From assembly GCA_028534125.1 (NCBI GenBank), contig CM052818.1:18478001-18542000 (forward strand): a stretch of 64,000 bases of DNA. Direction: 5' to 3'. The position numbers and the translations under genes are program-made. Positions 1 through 12,900 of this stretch are shown here, in pieces. The stretch comes from Lama glama. Its lineage: Eukaryota. The notes under the pieces were generated by a model. The model searched no databases. It saw only the letters and a list, made by a program, of their open reading frames with translations, and was not told the DNA's origin. Positions within the stretch are counted from its first letter, which is position 1. Every line of letters begins with the position of its first letter.

Positions 1-494
1 AAGTCAGGAAGGTGCACATGCTAGCGCTGGCCCAGGCTAGTCCCTCTACCTGGAAAACTCCTCACACTTCCAGACTTCCCCACCTCCACCAGGCAGAGTT
101 GACGGTTCCTACTCAGCCTTGCCATCACCTCAAATGAGATGGCCCACAGGCAGTGAACTGAGTGGGTGTCCATCTCTGCTCCCAAGACTCCCCACCAGCA
201 ATGACTGTCTCCTGGGCTCACTGCAAGTGAGAGCTGACGCTGTGACAAAGGGCCACAGAGCACTGCCTGCTCTGGCCACGTGAAATATCACTGAGCTTCA
301 GGACCCTACTCTCCTCCGCTCTCACTTCTCACCCTGCCCTTCTCACTCCTCTCCGGCATCCCAGGCAAGCTCTCACCTCAACGCCTTTGTTCTTGCTCCT
401 CCCTTAGTCTAGAGCATCTTCCTCTCAAGCAGTTCACAAGGCTGACTGTCTGAGGCCCTCTCTGAACTCCCTATTAAATTGCTTCCCTTAGCTT

Positions 495-610
495 GGGGAG
501 GGTATAGCCCAGTGGTAGAGGGCATGCTTAGCATGCATGAGGTCCTGGGTTCAATCCCTAGTACCTCCACTAAAAATAAGTAAATAAACCTAATTACCCC
601 CCTAGAAAAA
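495..610 (+). mobile_element. tRNA-derived SINE (Vic-1-like, camelid)
   Basis: Starts GGGGAGGGTATAGCCCAGTGGTAGAG (A box), has GGTTCAATCCC (B box), then AAATAAACCTAATTACCCCCC and an A-rich tail. Similar flanks ATTAAATTGCTTCCCTTA / ATTAAATTGTTATCCTTA suggest a degenerate TSD. Confidence 0.85.
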
Positions 611-2079
611 AGATCATTAAATTGTTATCCTTATTCCTCCCCAAAACCCTTTCTTCCCTTTATATATGTTTTTAAAAGCATTCCTCAACATCTGACAGAC
701 TATATTTTACATATCTTAAAAATCTTCTGTCTTATGAATGAATGAATGAATCTTTACAGCCCTAACTCCTCCCACTCACAACCTAGTTCTCAGCACAATG
801 CCTGGCCAGGGGAGTCATGGTCCCCAACACTGCCAAAAAAAATCCTAAAGGGTTAGCCAAGCCTACTTTGTGTCTATGGGCTAAGACAAAGCCAGAGAAC
901 CAAAAGCAAATCATAATCCAAGGACAGCTGTGAGTCAGAATAAGTGAATTGTGTCCAGGCAGTCTCTCAGAGCAAGCTGGTTCAGGAATGATTACCATCA
1001 GAAGCAAGGGTGCAGGACCATGGAAGCAGAATCAAGGAAGATTAAAGAAGCCAAGGACAATGAGTCAAAACAGGCCAGAAAGAGGGCAGTGTGAGAAAAT
1101 CACAGAAATGCTGGGCTTTGATATGTGCCTGATGATGAATTTCATGGGCAGACCAGAGTAGAGAAAGCTAACATTTGCTGAATAAATGAATAATCAGTGG
1201 AAAAGCTAAGAGATGGTCCCTAGCACCTAGTGGCTGGTCCTTTCTGGCTCCTCGATTGAAAAACCTTTCTGTGTGGGAGCTGTGACTCGCATCCCAAGAG
1301 GCACAGGGGCCATATCAGCACCAGCCTCTAATTAACATGAGCAAATGCAGAGGGCTGCAAGTGTTCTGAGCAAACTACTCATCCTTTTTTCCCACATCCA
1401 CAATAGATTCCTTTCACAGAACTGTTCTGTTTGATAAATGAAGTACAGCCTTTGAGCTCATGGTCTGTAGTTCTGGCCACAGCATGGAGCCAGGTCTCCT
1501 TTGTGGTTCCACTAAGCAAGTGCAAAGCAGAGTCAAAGACAAACCACTAATCCACCTGGAGAGAGCAGGCAAGCATATCGGGCAGCACTGGGGACGTCAA
1601 CCAAGCACAGGAAAACCAGACCTTGGGAAAAAACATTTTAAAACTGGCATCATCGACTTCAGAGAGTTATAACCTCAGGTGTATTCTGACTCTAGAAGTT
1701 GGGGAAAGGTTGGATAAGCATGCACAGGTGTAGCAGGATGCTCTCTACCTCTCCATGTTGCATTGGAAAGACAGGCACGGAGGGAAGGAACCAGAGCCAA
1801 GAAGTGGCCATTTGTTCCTCTCAAGCCTATTCATGGCATTCATTTCTCACTCTAGTCTGAGTGATTATTTTCTTAGAGTGGAACCAGGACTGAACTGGAT
1901 TGACAGGACCTTAGAAATGCTTTTTTTTTTAAAAAAAAAAAGGTGATTCATATTAGATGAGTACTATATGAACTCAGAGATTGAAACAATACAGATAGAG
2001 GCATAAATATGATATTGACATAGACACCGACTGACACAGACATAGGTACAGATCCAATTATATACAGATATAAATATAG

Positions 2080-2820
2080 TATAAAATGAAACTTTATCCC
2101 TTATCTGCCCTCCACTTCCCAACACATTCTTCCTTCCCAGGATAACCCAATTAAAGATTTCCTTCAAGTTGTTTATTTATACATTTACAATCATATATAA
2201 ACATATACACATTTGGTTTTTATATTAATGGGATTATTATACATATTTTTCATGCCTTTTGTCACTTAACAAAATTCCTCAGTGATCTGCCTATGTCTGT
2301 CCTTGGAGATATTTTTAACTTTAATTTTTATTGCCACATAGTATCCCACAGTGTGGATGCACCGTATTATTTAATCTCCTAAGAAACCTTTGAGTAATGT
2401 CAAATTTCCACTACTGTAAAATAATATGGCACTAAACATCCTGGGATCTACATCTTCGTGGAAATGAACAAGGATTTCCTTAGAATTTTTAGAACTAGAA
2501 TTCTGGGCCAATCATGAGTACAATTTGAATTTTGAAAGATCTTAAGAAATAAGCCCCCTAACAATCTTGACCATAGCCCACTCCAGCCAACATTGTATGA
2601 GAGACCTATTTCCTCATAACCTGGCCCACAATGAATATCATAATCTTTTAAATATTTGCCAGTCTCCTGAATGAGAAATTATAACTTGTTTTCTTTTTAT
2701 TCCCATGATTATTAGTGGGGCTGAACATTTTTTCATTTGTTTATTGCTCATTTGGGTATCTTGTTTTGTGAACTGTCTGCTACTATTCTTTGTCCACTTT
2801 TTGGTTAGACTGTCATTTTT
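2080..2820 (-). mobile_element. Old L1 (L1M-type) 3' fragment
   Basis: Minus-strand ORF 2638..2880 contains KKWTKNSSRQFTKQDTQMSNKQMKKCSAPLII, resembling the L1 ORF2 C-terminus. Flanking sequence is typical antisense L1 3' UTR. Boundaries approximate. Confidence 0.7.
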
Positions 2821-5800
2821 TAAAAATAACTTGAAAAAGAAGAAATGTTCTCTTTCTTCTACCTTCTTCCCTATACACATTAGAACTTTGCTTTCACAAT
2901 GATTTTTTTCTTCTTGATAGGTTTGCTTTATCTGCTCACTTAACTATAAGCTTTTCAAGAGTGTGTATATTATGGCTGCTATGTTAGCGCTATAGTTAGC
3001 ATTGTTAATCTCATTTATTGGCCGCTTACTATGTCTATGTCACATACGGCCCCATGGGCCCTGGTACAGCAGCACGCAGTGCTGGGAGAGTGAAGAGTCT
3101 CATCTCGGCTCCAGCAAGCTGCAGACTTGGGCAGATCTCGTAATCTCTGCAGTGTCAGTGTCCTCAATTAGTTCTCTCAACCAACTCCCAGAGGTAGATG
3201 TATTTACTTTGTACAAAATAAGTTTTTAAAACCACAGGTGCAGTTGCCTAAAAAAGCATCCAACCCAATTTTGCCCCATTTCAGTGTCTATCACATCTGC
3301 TTTAAACCTTGAACTCTGTTTTGCCACCACAACTAAACTCTAAATAATTACTTACAGACTACTCTTACGGACCATAATAAATTTGAGAGAAACTTGAGAG
3401 CAGTAACCATGCCTTACAGCATCATGAAAAAAGATTCTTTCCTGGTTTTTGCTCATGGAGAGGAACTTCCACTTCAACTATTTTTTCATGCCCAATATAT
3501 AACATTTATAAATCTAGAAAGTAATTAATATTCCTTTAAATATGAAGGGATCAACAGTGCTCAAAATTTACAGTTGTTACACAAGAATAAATTAATGCCT
3601 ATAACATAACAAATTAGATTCTCCTAAACATTCAAACATTGAATACAACCTTTTTGTTCAAAATCTCCCCAAACATTGAATTACAGTCATAAATCTAATG
3701 TCATATTCTCATAAATGCTTTAAATGCATTAGAAGTAGATAAAACTATTATAAAATACAATAGGTATTATAGAACTTGCTATTAAATTTAAATTAAAACT
3801 ACTGTAAGTGTTAATAACATTAGTTTACATTCTGTGTCTTCCTAGGGTTGCAGTAAGTAATGTTATCAAATCTACTCTAGTTCCCCTTCAAAAAAATCTC
3901 AGACTAGTCAATTGGGTTTTCAAGCTTTGTATTATTGATCCTCTGGGATGTGTCTGATGTGGGATCTGGCTATGTTATTTTAGGAATTAAATTTCCTTTA
4001 TTATGTCCATAAGACTCTAAGATCACACTTTTCACACAGGTTTTAAGTATCTCCCATTGAAATAATGTACTACACTCTATATGTTTTGATTGGTCAGCAT
4101 AAACCTTTGTCCTATCATTACACTATAGTGGCCTGGCTTGTTAGCATTATTAGAGAAGCTTATATTCCTAATTACTATATTATTATGATTAGAAAGGCCA
4201 TCCAAGGGTCCTGTTTCCTAGGAGATGAGAGATTGAGTCTGAGCAATTACTTCTCCTTAGGGCATCTGGACAATTGAAAACCTTGCCCACACAATGTTAA
4301 TGTCTCTCTCAACTTAGTTACTGTGGGTTATCATTATGCCAATTAAATCTTGGCCCCTCTGTGTCATTTTCATGTGAGATAATGGATACTGATCAGTTAG
4401 TCTTATTCTCAGTAGTTTCTAGTATTTTTATCCAGAATATTTGGGAATGCATTGTTAATAATATCTCTAAGATGCTGTAAGAACAGATACACGCTTAATA
4501 GAAGAAACAAAATACCCATGTATATTAACACTTTTGATTTTTTTGATGCTCAAATTGTTACAACCGGGTTCTATAACCTGGTTCCTTTGTCTTTTCAGAG
4601 CCACCTGACATTCTCAAAAGTATCTTTTTCCCCAGCAACCACAGAATATTCTTGAATGTTCCTGTGCCAAGATGTGGAATCATTTCCCCTCCAGGAAGCT
4701 TTGGCTCCTACTGGGGGGGGGGGCATCAATATTTGGGAAGCTAGGAGTGTATATGAGAGTCAGTAGTGGCCAAAAGAACTATTTCTGCTGCTGGGCCACT
4801 TTTGGAGGGGATGGAGATGGAAAAGATAGTCTTTTTTGAGTTCAAAATAATTTTTTAGCTTACCACAGTATGTTAACATATCCTAGTTTTCTTAGAGATG
4901 ACTTTCTACCACCTTGACAAAAAAGTGCCCCTCCAAGGCCTAGTTAAGATATCCCACGAATGTTTGTTGAGCCATATTAAACCAAAGTATTCTGCGTAGG
5001 GGCATGGCTTCCCATTATCCTCTTCTCCCTGACATAAGGTTGACAACCAGCCCAAGCTCTCCTCATCACATGCCTCCCACCCCAACACACACCACCTACT
5101 CCTCTCAGTTCACAAACAAAATAGGATTATTCCATCAAATAACTAACCTTCTGCCAGATGTAGTAAAAGCATCCAAACACATTCTAATCTTTGGAAAAGT
5201 TGTGGCACAACTCATGTTCATCTTCACCGTCTGGAGGTGACCTTCCTTTCTGTCTGTGCTCTCATCCTCCCTTTAGGCCACCCCACTTCAGAGACATGAC
5301 AAATCTGCCCAGAACCCTGTGGCCAGAACTTTCCCTTCCTTTATTCTCTCATTCAAATGTACCTATTTTTTAAAGCCCATTCCTTTCTCTTTTATTGTAC
5401 CTTTGGACCACCTTCACCCATTCTCCCCATCCTACCCCCTGCCTCTGGCAACCACCAGTCTGTTCTCTGTTTCTTCAATTTTTATGTCCCACTTCTTTAG
5501 ATAAGTGCATAATTGATCTAATTGATTCACTTTAGCAGAAAATAGTAATGGCTAATGAAGAATACAGCTGTTTCTCTTCCTGGGAATCATAAGCACCCTG
5601 ACAGAAAGAGGGGGTACTACTTGGCCCTCAATCCCATTATTAGTGAGCTACCAACTTGGCTGTTATTTAGAGCTTGTACTAGGAAACTAACCCTTAAGAA
5701 TACAGCCAAGGGAAGGACCCCAAAATAGTCAAATATAAAGATGGTGAAGAGAAGGGTGGCAGAATAAGATTGATGTGGTGCACCATCATTCTCCTCACAA

Positions 5801-5849
5801 CCTACAGGAGAATTTTTATTCAATATACAGAAGTTTGAATGTTATCCCC

Positions 5850-6350
5850 TTGGAACAGGTTTCTGTTGAAGATTTTTCAGTAGCCGGTATAATCAGATTT
5901 GTATTTCAGAAATATTACTTTGGAAGCTGTATAGAGTATGGGCTGGGAGTGGTTCTGTGCAGAGCAATAGCCTAGGCTAGAAATGATAAGACCTGAGCTA
6001 GTAGGGGAGGTGGAGCAGACAGGAAGAATTAACAATATACCCAACAGGAAGAATCAGTCAGATTTGTGGATAAACTGGATGTGGAGAAAGAGAGGGAGGA
6101 ACAAGTCTAGGGTGTCTCCCAGTTGTTTGATGAGGGTATCTTCAGGGATGGTGACCCCATTCACTACAATAGGGATACATGAGGAGGGACAGGTTTGAGA
6201 AGAAATCACAGAACCAGAATTGGAGCTCTTGAATGAGATAACCTGTGGGTTTGAGGTACAGAACTGAAATCAGATCCAGAGATGTGAATTTGTGAGTCAC
6301 CCACAGAACTGTACACCATGGATGGCCGAGGGTAGAGACGAGGTGGACTA
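5850..6350 (-). mobile_element. L2 LINE fragment
   Basis: Degenerate purine-rich segment resembling the reverse complement of the L2 3' region (e.g. GATGGTGACCCCATTCACT...GGACAGGTTTGAG). Boundaries approximate. Confidence 0.55.
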
Positions 6351-6776
6351 AGGAGGATAGTGAACAAAATAAGCTTCAAAGCAGGTCAGAGGTCACAAGC
6401 AGAAACAGATTTCGATAACAGGGCCAAAAATTACTATGCACACAAGTGGTAAGAATATTCTTCTCTGTGAAGGAAATTCAACTCCATACTTCCCTTTTTA
6501 ATTAATTAATTTACTGATACTCTAATTTATTCCTCACTAAGAGAGTTTGAAGCAGCTTATAAAATCTAAGATAATTTGGTTAAAAAAAAGTAGATAAAGA
6601 GATCAGAGCAAAGATGAAAACAAGGGTAGAATACTATTTGAACCTACAAGCAAACTGAATATACAAAAACATGGATGTCAGAACATCGTATACAAAGGTT
6701 AAATGTCCCAAGTTTACTTCTGTGTCATAGCAGCCAAACCTAAAAGGGAAACATTATTGATAATAAGAATCACAAG

Positions 6777-6879
6777 CTCACAGTGAAAAAGAATGCAACA
6801 ATGAATATATGTATGTTCATGTATAACTGAAAAATTGTGCTCTACATTGTAAACTGACTATAACTTACCAAAAAAAAAA
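6777..6879 (+). mobile_element. 5'-truncated young L1 3' tail with perfect TSD
   Basis: ATGTATAACTGAA...CATTGTAAACTGACTATAAC followed by poly(A). Flanked by AAGAATCACAAG at 6765-6776 and 6880-6891. Confidence 0.85.
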
Positions 6880-8934
6880 AAGAATCACAAGGAACATAAA
6901 ATTTCTCAAATTCAAATTATTTAGGAGAAAGGTAGATTTTCCTAGTATTTAGATCTGAAAAAAAAATGTCTCCCATGAGTTCTCATAAGGGGGCATATAT
7001 ATATTTATATTATATATAATATAAATAAAATTATATATATTTTTATATATATAAAGGTGCAATATAGTTGAAAACACCCTCACTGATGCTCCTTCAAGAA
7101 GTACAACAGACAACAACATGGCTTCTCCTTAAAGTACCTCACTGATTCACTCCAAAGCCCAGCTCAGTAAAAGCCATTTATAAGAGACAAAAAAAAAGTC
7201 ATCCAAGTACCTATTTCTCTGATGGTCTGGCTTGATCTGGGGATAAAGTTTGGGCTGCTAGGGGAATTGATAGCCTTCCAACAATCTTCTAAGAGTTTTA
7301 TTTCTTGCAATTGAGCTTTCAATAAGAACTGAAAACAGAGATCCAAGTCATGTTCTCTGGCAAGGACCCAGAGTATAGATATTCCAGGAAAGATTTGTAT
7401 TCTTCAATGGTCTACTGAGGGGCAACATTCCCTTCATATGTCTCTTTCATAAGAGACATTCTCTTATGAAAACTACAGAGCCTGAGCAGAACTGCACCTG
7501 AAAAGACGGTTCCCCCTCCACTCCCCTCCCCTCCCCTCACCCGCCGACAGAGCACCAGCTGGGCAGATCACTGGCCCTCCTCAGCAAGTGCAGACTGTCT
7601 TCTTGCACAAAACAAATAGCTGGTAAGGCCTCAGTATTCAGGCAGGCCATGTTTTGTCATGATCAACAATTCTAGTAACATGACATTCAGGGTAGATACT
7701 TGTTTTTGTGCTCTGGGGACCTTAAATATGGAAGGACAGAAGAAAGATAGAGGCTAATGGAAATAGGAAGAAACTACTAGGAGGGAAACAGGTCCATTTA
7801 ATACTGAAAAGATGATTGAAAGGGGGGAAATTATTTCTTTTACGACTGAAAACTATAGAACAGAAAACTCTAACATAATTCAGCCCAGAGTCACACTGGC
7901 CGCATTCTCCCTTATCTTTACAGGCTACACAGACACATTCTGCTCTTCGAGAAGTAGCTTAGCCACGAGCATGTCAGGCACTGTCCCTCGTTGCCAGACT
8001 GGGAGCAGAAGCAAAGCTCTGAAAAGATTATTGGCCAGTGGTCTAAGCTGTATACCTTCAATACTGTTTTACCAATAAAGCTGGCATGTGACTTTCATGT
8101 TTCTGACTCATCAGAACTGGATGAGAATAGAAGAGTGTTATTTCCTGGCCTCTGAAAACCCCAGTGTAGGATGGGGATAAGAAAGGTGAAGAATGAACTG
8201 ATGAACGGCAAGTTCATCCCTGATAGGCTCTGACAGACAACAGGAAATGGCTGCCCTAATGCAGCAGAAGCCCCAGACCAGGAAGAGAGTGGCTTACATA
8301 GGCTACTGAGCTGCCAGCTGCTGACTGCTCTGGTGCGAGTTAGGAAGGAGGGACATTTGCATATGACATCTCCTATTCTTGTTACAGTTTTGTAATGAGG
8401 GTAAGGTGTCAGGTGTCTTCATTCTTCAAACTACAATTGAAGAAGACTAAGCCATAAGCTCTGTTACTGCTTAGCAATCGTCTTCCTCTCCAGAATCACC
8501 TCCACTTGCTTTTAGCTGCTATTCTCAATTTCGGAAAGGAAACTCTGAAGCCCCTCAGAAAACTCCAGGCACTGATGAGTAAGGTCAAAGCAAGCGAAAT
8601 ATAAACTTTTCCTGCCATTTCCAAGTATAAGTAGATTCAAGAGGCCTCAGGAGGAGCCTCCCTGCTTGCTTCTGAAGCACAGGTGGCATCTCAGTCTCCA
8701 CTTAACTCTAAAGGAAAACAACCTGATCACCTACATACACTTACCAATTTACTGGAAAGTAATCTCACTGGCACTAGCAATCTACACCCAAACCCATGTC
8801 CAAGACCGCAGAGGAAATGACCTTTCTGAGGGAAAGCATTCCTGTGCCTTTTCCTTTTCTCATAGAAAACCATTATCAGACTCATGAGCAGGCTGCTCAA
8901 GACTTGAATCCTACAATACTCGAGTCGGAAGGAG

Positions 8935-9420
8935 CTTAGAGACCTGTATTTGTCTCTGGTTGCAAGCAACAAAAATGGACCTTAGGTAATCTAAGTAAGA
9001 AGAGAATATTCTGAACAGCTATGGGGCTGCTCACAAGATTGAAGGGAGGACTAGAGAACCAAGCTTGGAACAGACGCTCCAGAAGGTTTTGCTGCTGGTT
9101 GAATCCTGCCCCCACAGGTGGAATGAGGAACTTCAACAGCTTCTCTCTCCCTCGTTCATTCTACTCAAAATTCAGAGTCCTAGGAGAGAAACCAACCAAG
9201 AATAGGCCCTACCCTGCCTCTTGCTGTACCTGGGCTATAAGAGGAAGGTCATGGGAACTGAGTGAGGAGGATGTCCACTGGCTGCCATAATGACATGGAA
9301 AGTCCTGAGACTTACCTGCCTACTACGACTGCGTATGAAGAAGGGAAGTCAATTCCCCCTAAAATCAAAGGGCTATCAGGAAGGGGAAATGCATGCTGGG
9401 TAGAAAACCATTATAAAATG
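8935..9420. mobile_element. MaLR LTR (MLT1J/K/L-like)
   Basis: TGGTTGCAAGCAACAAAAATGGACCTTAGGTAATCTAAGTAAGAAGAGAAT start typical of old MLT1 LTRs. Related pieces occur at about 44870-45320 and 55945-56300. Confidence 0.5.
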
Positions 9421-9477
9421 TCCTCCTCAGGAATGTTAAAGCCAAGTCTCTCCTTTTACAGTTAAAGAAGCTGAGGT

Positions 9478-9740
9478 CTAAACTTACAGTTATTGGGGGG
9501 AAATGGAGTGGGAAGGGATAAATTGGCAGTTCAAGATTTGTGAATATTAACTACTATATGCAAAATAGATAAATAAGTTTCTCCTGTATAGCACAGGGAA
9601 CTATATTCAATATCTTGTGGTAACCTATAATGAAAAGGAATATGAAAACGAATATATGCATGTATATGTGTGACTGAAACATTATGCTGTACACCAGAAA
9701 TTGATACATTGCAGACTGACTGTGCTTCAATTAAAGAAAA
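9478..9740 (+). mobile_element. Young L1 3' end (camelid/cetartiodactyl type)
   Basis: CTGTATAGCACAGGGAACTATATTCAATATCTTGT...GCTGTACACCAGAAATTGA...CTTCAATTAAAGAAAAAA. Flanks share AAGCTGAG (probable TSD). Confidence 0.85.
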
Positions 9741-9859
9741 AAAGCTGAGATATAGAAAGAGAAAATAAATTTTAAAGGTCAAAGAGTAAGTCTGAGTTAG
9801 ACATGGAACAGAAGTTAAGACAACTGCTACCCAGAGTAGAGCCACAGCACCTCATGCCC

Positions 9860-9968
9860 TGGGAATGCAGACTCTCAGGCACCACCCCAGAAGTGCATTT
9901 AACAAGAATCTGCATTTAACAAGAACTCTGGTTGATTGACATGGACACTAAAGTTTGAGAAGCACTGC
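9860..9968 (+). mobile_element. MER5A-like hAT DNA transposon fragment
   Basis: AATGCAGACTCTCAGGCACCACCCCAG...AATCTGCATTTAACAAG...CTAAAGTTTGAGAAGCACTG end. Contains an internal TGCATTTAACAAGAA duplication (9894-9908 and 9911-9925). Confidence 0.7.
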
Positions 9969-10879
9969 TCTATCTTTAAAGGACTCAACCTTTGTGTCAC
10001 CCAGTGATAACCAAACTCGGGTTTTTCTCACCTGAACTTGATCTATGATGGTCTCTCTTCAATTCACAGGGGGAAAAAATGGTCATAATTGTTTCTTCAT
10101 CATTTTCCAGCTTCTAGGACCTATTCCCATGTGCAAGTGAGCACACTTAGACAGAGGGCAGCTTATGTGATCACCAGAAGCTTAACAGCAGGATGTGCAC
10201 TTAAGCCAGATTCCAAGACAGTGACGGGAGGAATTCTTAAACTCAAGACTTCATAAAGGCATTGTTGAGAATGAGTAGTCCTCACGGTGAAATAAGAACC
10301 AAAAGCCTACAGTGATATGAATTGCTCCAAGGTACTTGGGTGCAAGAAACATCACTCTTCTTCACTGTTCTAAATCAAATTAAATCTTCAGTTCCTCCTG
10401 GTGGGCAGGAAATCTAGTGGCAGTGATTCAACCTTCCCTTGGTTAAATCAGAACCAGGAGGCTTATGTAGTTTTACAGAAATCAGGAAAGGGCCCTTTTT
10501 CCTCAACTGGCCATGACCACTGACTTTGTCTTCTACTCAGGTTCGCTGCTCCAGGAAGGCTGCAGGCATGCCTGTTAAACAAAGAACTTCTCTCTGTGTG
10601 TCAGCAGGGCCAAGAAGTCAACCTCCCCTTCCTCCCCACTGAGGTGCTATGCTTTGTTTTGTATTGGTGGAAGTGTGCTTTTGATACTCAGATTTTATTG
10701 CATACAAATAATATAGGCTTGGTTTCTGCTAGCAATGTGCTCCTTGTTTACCTGCTGGGGTAAAATAGATCAGCATTTTATGGTGCTCCATAAAGAACAT
10801 AATGTAACTATAGAGCACAAACTTGTCCAGGGCTCTGTCACCTAGACGAGTTTGAGGGTCACTGCTCTTGGCTGCCTGT

Positions 10880-10907
10880 TAGATAGATAGGTAGGTAGGT
10901 AGGTAGG

Positions 10908-10955
<48 letters not shown>
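10880..10955 (+). repeat. Compound tetranucleotide microsatellite (TAGA)2(TAGG)5(TAGA)12
   Basis: Read directly from the sequence. Confidence 0.97.
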
Positions 10956-12249
10956 CCTATTCTTAATCTTGAACCTATAATATGTCACTCATCCAACTTC
11001 TTATCACCCTTTCCCTACTAGTGTGTACTCTCTCTACTGGAAAACACAATAAGGTGTGGTAAAGTGTTTATGGCTCAGATTATTTGGGAAACTTGGAAAA
11101 TGAGAGTTTCCCCAGTTAATGATTGGTATTATTGAGACTGTATGTGTAGATCCAGTATACAGAAGCCAGTTCCAGCCATGCACGTGCGTGTGTGCGCATG
11201 TTGAGGGATGAAACGATGGTATCGATCTTAAATTACACAGTGTGATTTATGTATGAGTCATTGGTCCCCTAAGTTCTTTTCATATTATCAGATTCCTGAA
11301 CTATCTTTACAAGAAAACTAAGTTTTTTACGCCATAATTAGAAATAACACTTTGGCTGTAAATAATCCTGGAATAAAGAATAGAATGGCTGCCATTCAGA
11401 CTAAGGTCTAAATGATTTATAGTAAATGTTTTTCTAAGTACAGATTCAGGGTGGGACAGTGGATACCTGAGGCACATGCCAGGAAAGAGGAAGCCTTGAA
11501 ATTATACCAAGGATGTACTTATCATCTTCAGTTTGTCAAGATCTTATACTTAGCGCCAGTACCATTCCTGCATCCCCACATGCCCTTAAATATCAAACAT
11601 GGCCAGGTTCCTTCTAGATCAGAGATCTCAGGGCCAGTGGCTCCTCTGGCAACCCCTCCAATAAACTTATTCACAGATCCAGAGCCTTTTGGAGTCATCA
11701 GGTTCTGACTGACTCACTGTATATCAGAGGCCCTTCTAGAACACATTCTATAGCATCTTGAATGGAAGAAGAAAAAAACTGCCCATTTGGACTCCTGTCT
11801 ATGCCTGATGATATTCTTTGACCAATCAAAGCAAATACCCTGATTTATGTACAATTCCAAGAGATCTGTGGCAGGGCCTTACCTTCAAGGAGATTTTAGT
11901 TTATTTGGGGAAATTGTACATGGGCATAGAAAAAAAAAATAATAATACACAGTGGTCTTCAGGAAGCACCAAATGAATGGAAGAGACAGTTTCACTGGAG
12001 TTCAGGTGAGAAAGGAAGGGGGAGGGGAGTTCTTACCATTAGCCAGGGAGATTCAGGAAGGCTTTATGGAGGACTGGGGATTTCAACCTTACCGGAGCAA
12101 CAATTCTTAATTTAAGGTCAGTGTTAATGGGTATATGAATGAGGCTTCCAGGGTCAATGAACCCTTTGGATATGCATTTTTCTGGGATGAAGGATGACCT
12201 TCATCAGATTCTCAAAGGGGTGACTGAAAAATGTACAAGCCATCACCTT

Positions 12250-12900
12250 GCAAGAAATTGTATTGGTGAGGAAGAAAAGCAGCATCCTAAATGGGGGAAC
12301 AAGTAAACAAAAGAATGGTAAGGGAATGAACCTGCCATGTTTAAGTGGAAAAGGAGCAATGCCAGTCTCGTGGGAGTGGTGGTCCCATGCTCCTCTAACA
12401 CAATGTCAAGAGACAGAGCTGGGAAAGCAGGTTAGAACTGGTTGGCAAAGGGCCTCGACTGTCAGGATTATGCTGTGGGTAGGACTCAGGTGAATGACAC
12501 AGTGACATGGGGTTTAGGATGACTGATCTGCCAACTGGGGACAGGATGAGTTGGAAGTTGGGGAGCCTGGAGTCAGAGAGACACCTGGGTCAGTGATGAA
12601 GATCAGGAAAATGAGCTGAGCTGGTGGCTGTCACCATGTAATGAGAGGGATTCTGGAGCATCTGAGAGAGGAACTGATACAGTTTAGTAACTTTGAGACA
12701 TGGGAGAAGAGAGAAAGGAACCAAGGATGACTCAAAGCCTAAAGCCTGGATGCCTTGAAGAATGCAGACTCGTGTATCAAAATACAGAACAGGTGACAGA
12801 AAGCTGGTTTCCAAGAGAATGGTAGAGACTTTAATTTCCAACATGCAGAGTTTGAGGTGATGTCCCAAGAGCAGTTGAGAGCCACTTTATCAATGGCGCC
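12250..12900 (-). mobile_element. L2 LINE fragment
   Basis: GAGAGAAAGGAACCAAGGATGACTC...GCCTGGATG...CATGCAGAGTTTGAGGTGATGTCC resembles antisense L2. Boundaries approximate. Confidence 0.6.

Noticed and set aside
495..575. tRNA gene-like sequences with A and B boxes (also 45512 and 53050-53121)
   Set aside because: They continue into a shared SINE tail with TSDs and I could not fold a convincing cloverleaf. They are SINEs, not tRNA genes.
1220..1237. Possible CTCF site (reverse strand CCACTAGGTGCTAG)
   Set aside because: It mismatches the conserved GGC portion of the core, which is too weak to call without ChIP data.
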